NCBI GenBank assembly: GCA_015064485.1
Contig: SVSD01000002.1
Coordinates: 49,709 to 113,708, forward strand
DNA length: 64,000 nucleotides
Direction of reading: 5' to 3'
Source of the DNA: Oscillospiraceae bacterium
GTDB lineage: Bacteria; Bacillota; Clostridia; Oscillospirales; CAG-382
Shown here piece after piece: positions 61,736-64,000 of this stretch. The stretch's first letter is position 1; every line of letters starts with the position of its first letter. The position numbers and the translations under genes were made by a program. The notes below the pieces were generated by a model. That model saw only the letters and a program-made list of their open reading frames with translations. It searched no databases and was not told the origin of the DNA.

Positions 61736-64000
61736 TCAGTCTTTTTTAAGTCCGAGCTTTTCAGCCGATATGTCACGCATTTTGTATTTGAGTATCTTTC
61801 CTGCGGCATTCATCGGAAATTCATCAACAAACATAAAGTATCTGGGAACCTTGTGTCTTGCGATGGACGCATTGCCGTATTCGCGCATTTCGGTTTCATC
61901 TGCTGTTTCCCCTTTATGAAGGATTATCCAGGCACAGCATTCTTCGCCGTATCTTTCATCGGAACACCCACAACCTGAACATCCCGCACTTTTGGGTTTG
62001 TAAGATAGAATTCTTCTATCTCTCTCGGATAAAGGTTTTCACCGCCTCGGATTATCATATCCTTAAGACGGCCTGTTACTTTATAATACCCGTCGGGAGT
62101 TCTCATACATATATCACCCGAATGGAGCCAGCCGTCTTTGTCGATAGCCTGTGCTGTCGCCTCGGGCATTTTGTAATAGCCTTTCATAATATTAAATCCG
62201 CGGGCTACAAACTCTCCGCTTTCGCCGTCGGGAAGTTCTTCCCCTGTTTCCGGATCGATTATCTTACATTCAACACCCGGGAAAGCGCTTCCTACAGTTT
62301 CAACTCTGTGATCGAGGTCTTCGTTAACTTCACCCATCGTACATCCGGGGGATGCTTCTGTCTGACCGTAAACCGAGATTATTTCGCGCATATTCATCTC
62401 AACCGATGCTCTTCTCATCAGGTCCGCAGGGCAGTTTGCACCCGCCATAATACCGGTTCTCATATATGAAAAATCCGTTTTTGCAAAATCCGGATGATTA
62501 AACATAGCGATAAACATTGTGGGAACACCGTTAAAACAAGTAATATGTTCATCATTTACACACGCAAGCGAGGATTTCGGCGAAAAATACGGAATAGGAC
62601 AAAGCGTACCGCCGTGAGTCATCATAGATGTCATAGAAAGCACCATTCCGAAGCAATGGAACATCGGAACCTGAATCATCATACGGTCAGCCGTTGACAG
62701 ATCCATTCTGTCGCCTATTGTCTTACCGTTATTTACAATGTTTCTGTGGGTAAGCATAACACCTTTCGGAAAACCTGTTGTTCCCGATGTGTACTGCATA
62801 TTGCATACATCGTCAGGTCTTACAAGAGAGGCCCTTCTTCTTACTTCCTCGCGGGGGATAAGGGATGAGCGGGAAAGCATCTGCTCCCAGTCAAGACATC
62901 CGTCCATCGAAAAGCCTACCGTTACGACATTGCGAAGGAAGGGAAGATTTTTAGAATATAATGGTTTTCCGGGTTCAAGAGTTTTAAGCTCAGGGCAAAG
63001 CTGTTCAATTATTTCTTTATAATTGATATCCTTGCAGTATTCGATCATTACAAGTGTGTGAGTATCGGACTGCTTCAAAAGATATTCGATCTCGTGAATT
63101 TTGTATGCAGTATTCACTGTAACAAGAACGGCACCGATTTTTGTTGTTGCCCAGAAAGTTATATACCACTGGGGTACATTTGTAGCCCATACGGCAACAT
63201 GATCGCCCGCCTTAACGCCAAGTGAAATAAGCGCTGCCGCACATTCGTCAACATCGCGGCGGAACTGTTCGTAGGTTCTTGTATAGTCAAGAGTAGGATA
63301 TTTAAATGCATACTGATCGGGATATTTCTCCGCCATTGTATCAAGCACCTGAGAGAAAGTTACATCAATTACATCATACTTTTTCCATACGAATGTACCT
63401 GTCTTATCTCTGTTGTAATAGGCCTTGTCAAAGGATTTCTTATCCCTGTTAAGTCCCGATATATAGTTTGCAAAATGAGTAAGAACAATATCCGCATCGG
63501 ATATTTCCTCATTCCACGCCGCACATATATAGCCTTCATAATTGAGGGATGAAAGCGCACCTAAAAGCTTTTCAACTTCGAGTTCACCTTCGCCGATAAG
63601 AACTGTCTTTCCGTCTTTCATATCGCCAAGACGCACATATTTTATGTATGCGCCGAGGGTTTTTATTGTTGTTTCGGAAGTTTCTCCTGCGTCGAAATAT
63701 GTACCTCTCACATTCCACGAAGCACCGATTGCGGCAGAAGATAAATGATTGATTATTTCAATAACATTTTCTGTGTTTGCAAGGAAGCCTACGGTTTCAA
63801 GTAAAATGGAAACATCCGCAATCTCCGCTTTCTTTATTGCAGCCGAGAGCTTTTCGTCAATAACATCAACCGAAATTTCCTTGTCGATTCTGACTATAAC
63901 ATTCGATATTCCCGATGCCTGCGCCATATCAACATATTTGAGAACAAGCTCTTTTGTTGTGTTTTCGCTGTCGATTCCCTCAGGCATACGAAGAGCGGAA
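61736..64000 (-). pseudogene. TIM-barrel (xylose-isomerase-like) / AMP-dependent acyl-CoA synthetase fusion gene, interrupted by a 1-nt frameshift near 61958-61961; 5' end outside window
   Basis: The track ORF 61924-63987 ends ...VQVVGVPMKDTAKNAVPG*. The conserved C-terminus DERYGEECCAWIILHKGE...PRYFMFVDEFPMNAAGKILKYKMR...KKD* continues in another frame to 61736. Upstream motifs: YTSGTTGFPKGV, GYGQTE. Confidence 0.65.

Overview
This window looks like a low-GC Firmicutes chromosome, probably Clostridia. That inference rests on SLH S-layer genes, a T-box leader, Cheo-box-like operators and sigma-A TTGACA-17-TATAAT promoters; no database search was possible. I support about 58 protein genes, RNase P RNA and tRNA-Glu(CUC).

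Layout:
- 0.3-3.9 kb: cell-wall operon (alpha/beta hydrolase, membrane ORF, MurF-like ligase, Ddl).
- 4.4-19.6 kb: a compact phage-derived cluster on the minus strand. It has fibre genes, small and large terminase, portal, scaffold, capsid and four unknown structural ORFs, and is interrupted by a self-contained nnr gene.
- 20-31.5 kb: housekeeping genes (type IIA topoisomerase B subunit, methyltransferase, ecfA1-ecfA2-ecfT-truA, cvpA, pgsA-like, atypical Clp ATPase).
- 31.5-35.7 kb: rnpB, ferredoxin, Wzx-like flippase, CNNM/CorC protein, tRNA-Glu.
- 35.9-42.5 kb: two tandem SLH-domain S-layer paralogs.
- 43-52.8 kb: argG with ARG boxes, SleB-like hydrolase, HAD hydrolase, orphan response regulator, ribF, D-Ala-D-Ala carboxypeptidase, rplS, lepB, rbgA.
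- 52.9-61.7 kb: aromatic amino-acid supercluster (T-box, paaK-like, ACT, leader peptide, aroF-pheA-aroB-aroC-aroA-tyrA).
- 61.7-64 kb: a frameshifted TIM-barrel/acyl-CoA-synthetase fusion gene running off the window.

Most interesting observations:
1. The phage-derived locus has no integrase, repressor, replication or lysis genes. Its two operons have near-identical host-type promoters surrounded by RAAC-N4-GTTC (LexA/Cheo-box-like) palindromes. It could be an SOS-wired domesticated particle or GTA-like locus.
2. A 19-codon leader ORF, MTNKFYYFYYYFKKDCPFV, with alternative hairpins sits upstream of the aro operon. It lies downstream of a probable Phe-specific T-box, so two attenuators may act in series.
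3. Both S-layer promoters carry tandem TGTAACAC repeats with 11-bp periodicity at an identical 15-bp distance from the -35.

All functional calls come from motif recognition by eye, and many starts are approximate.
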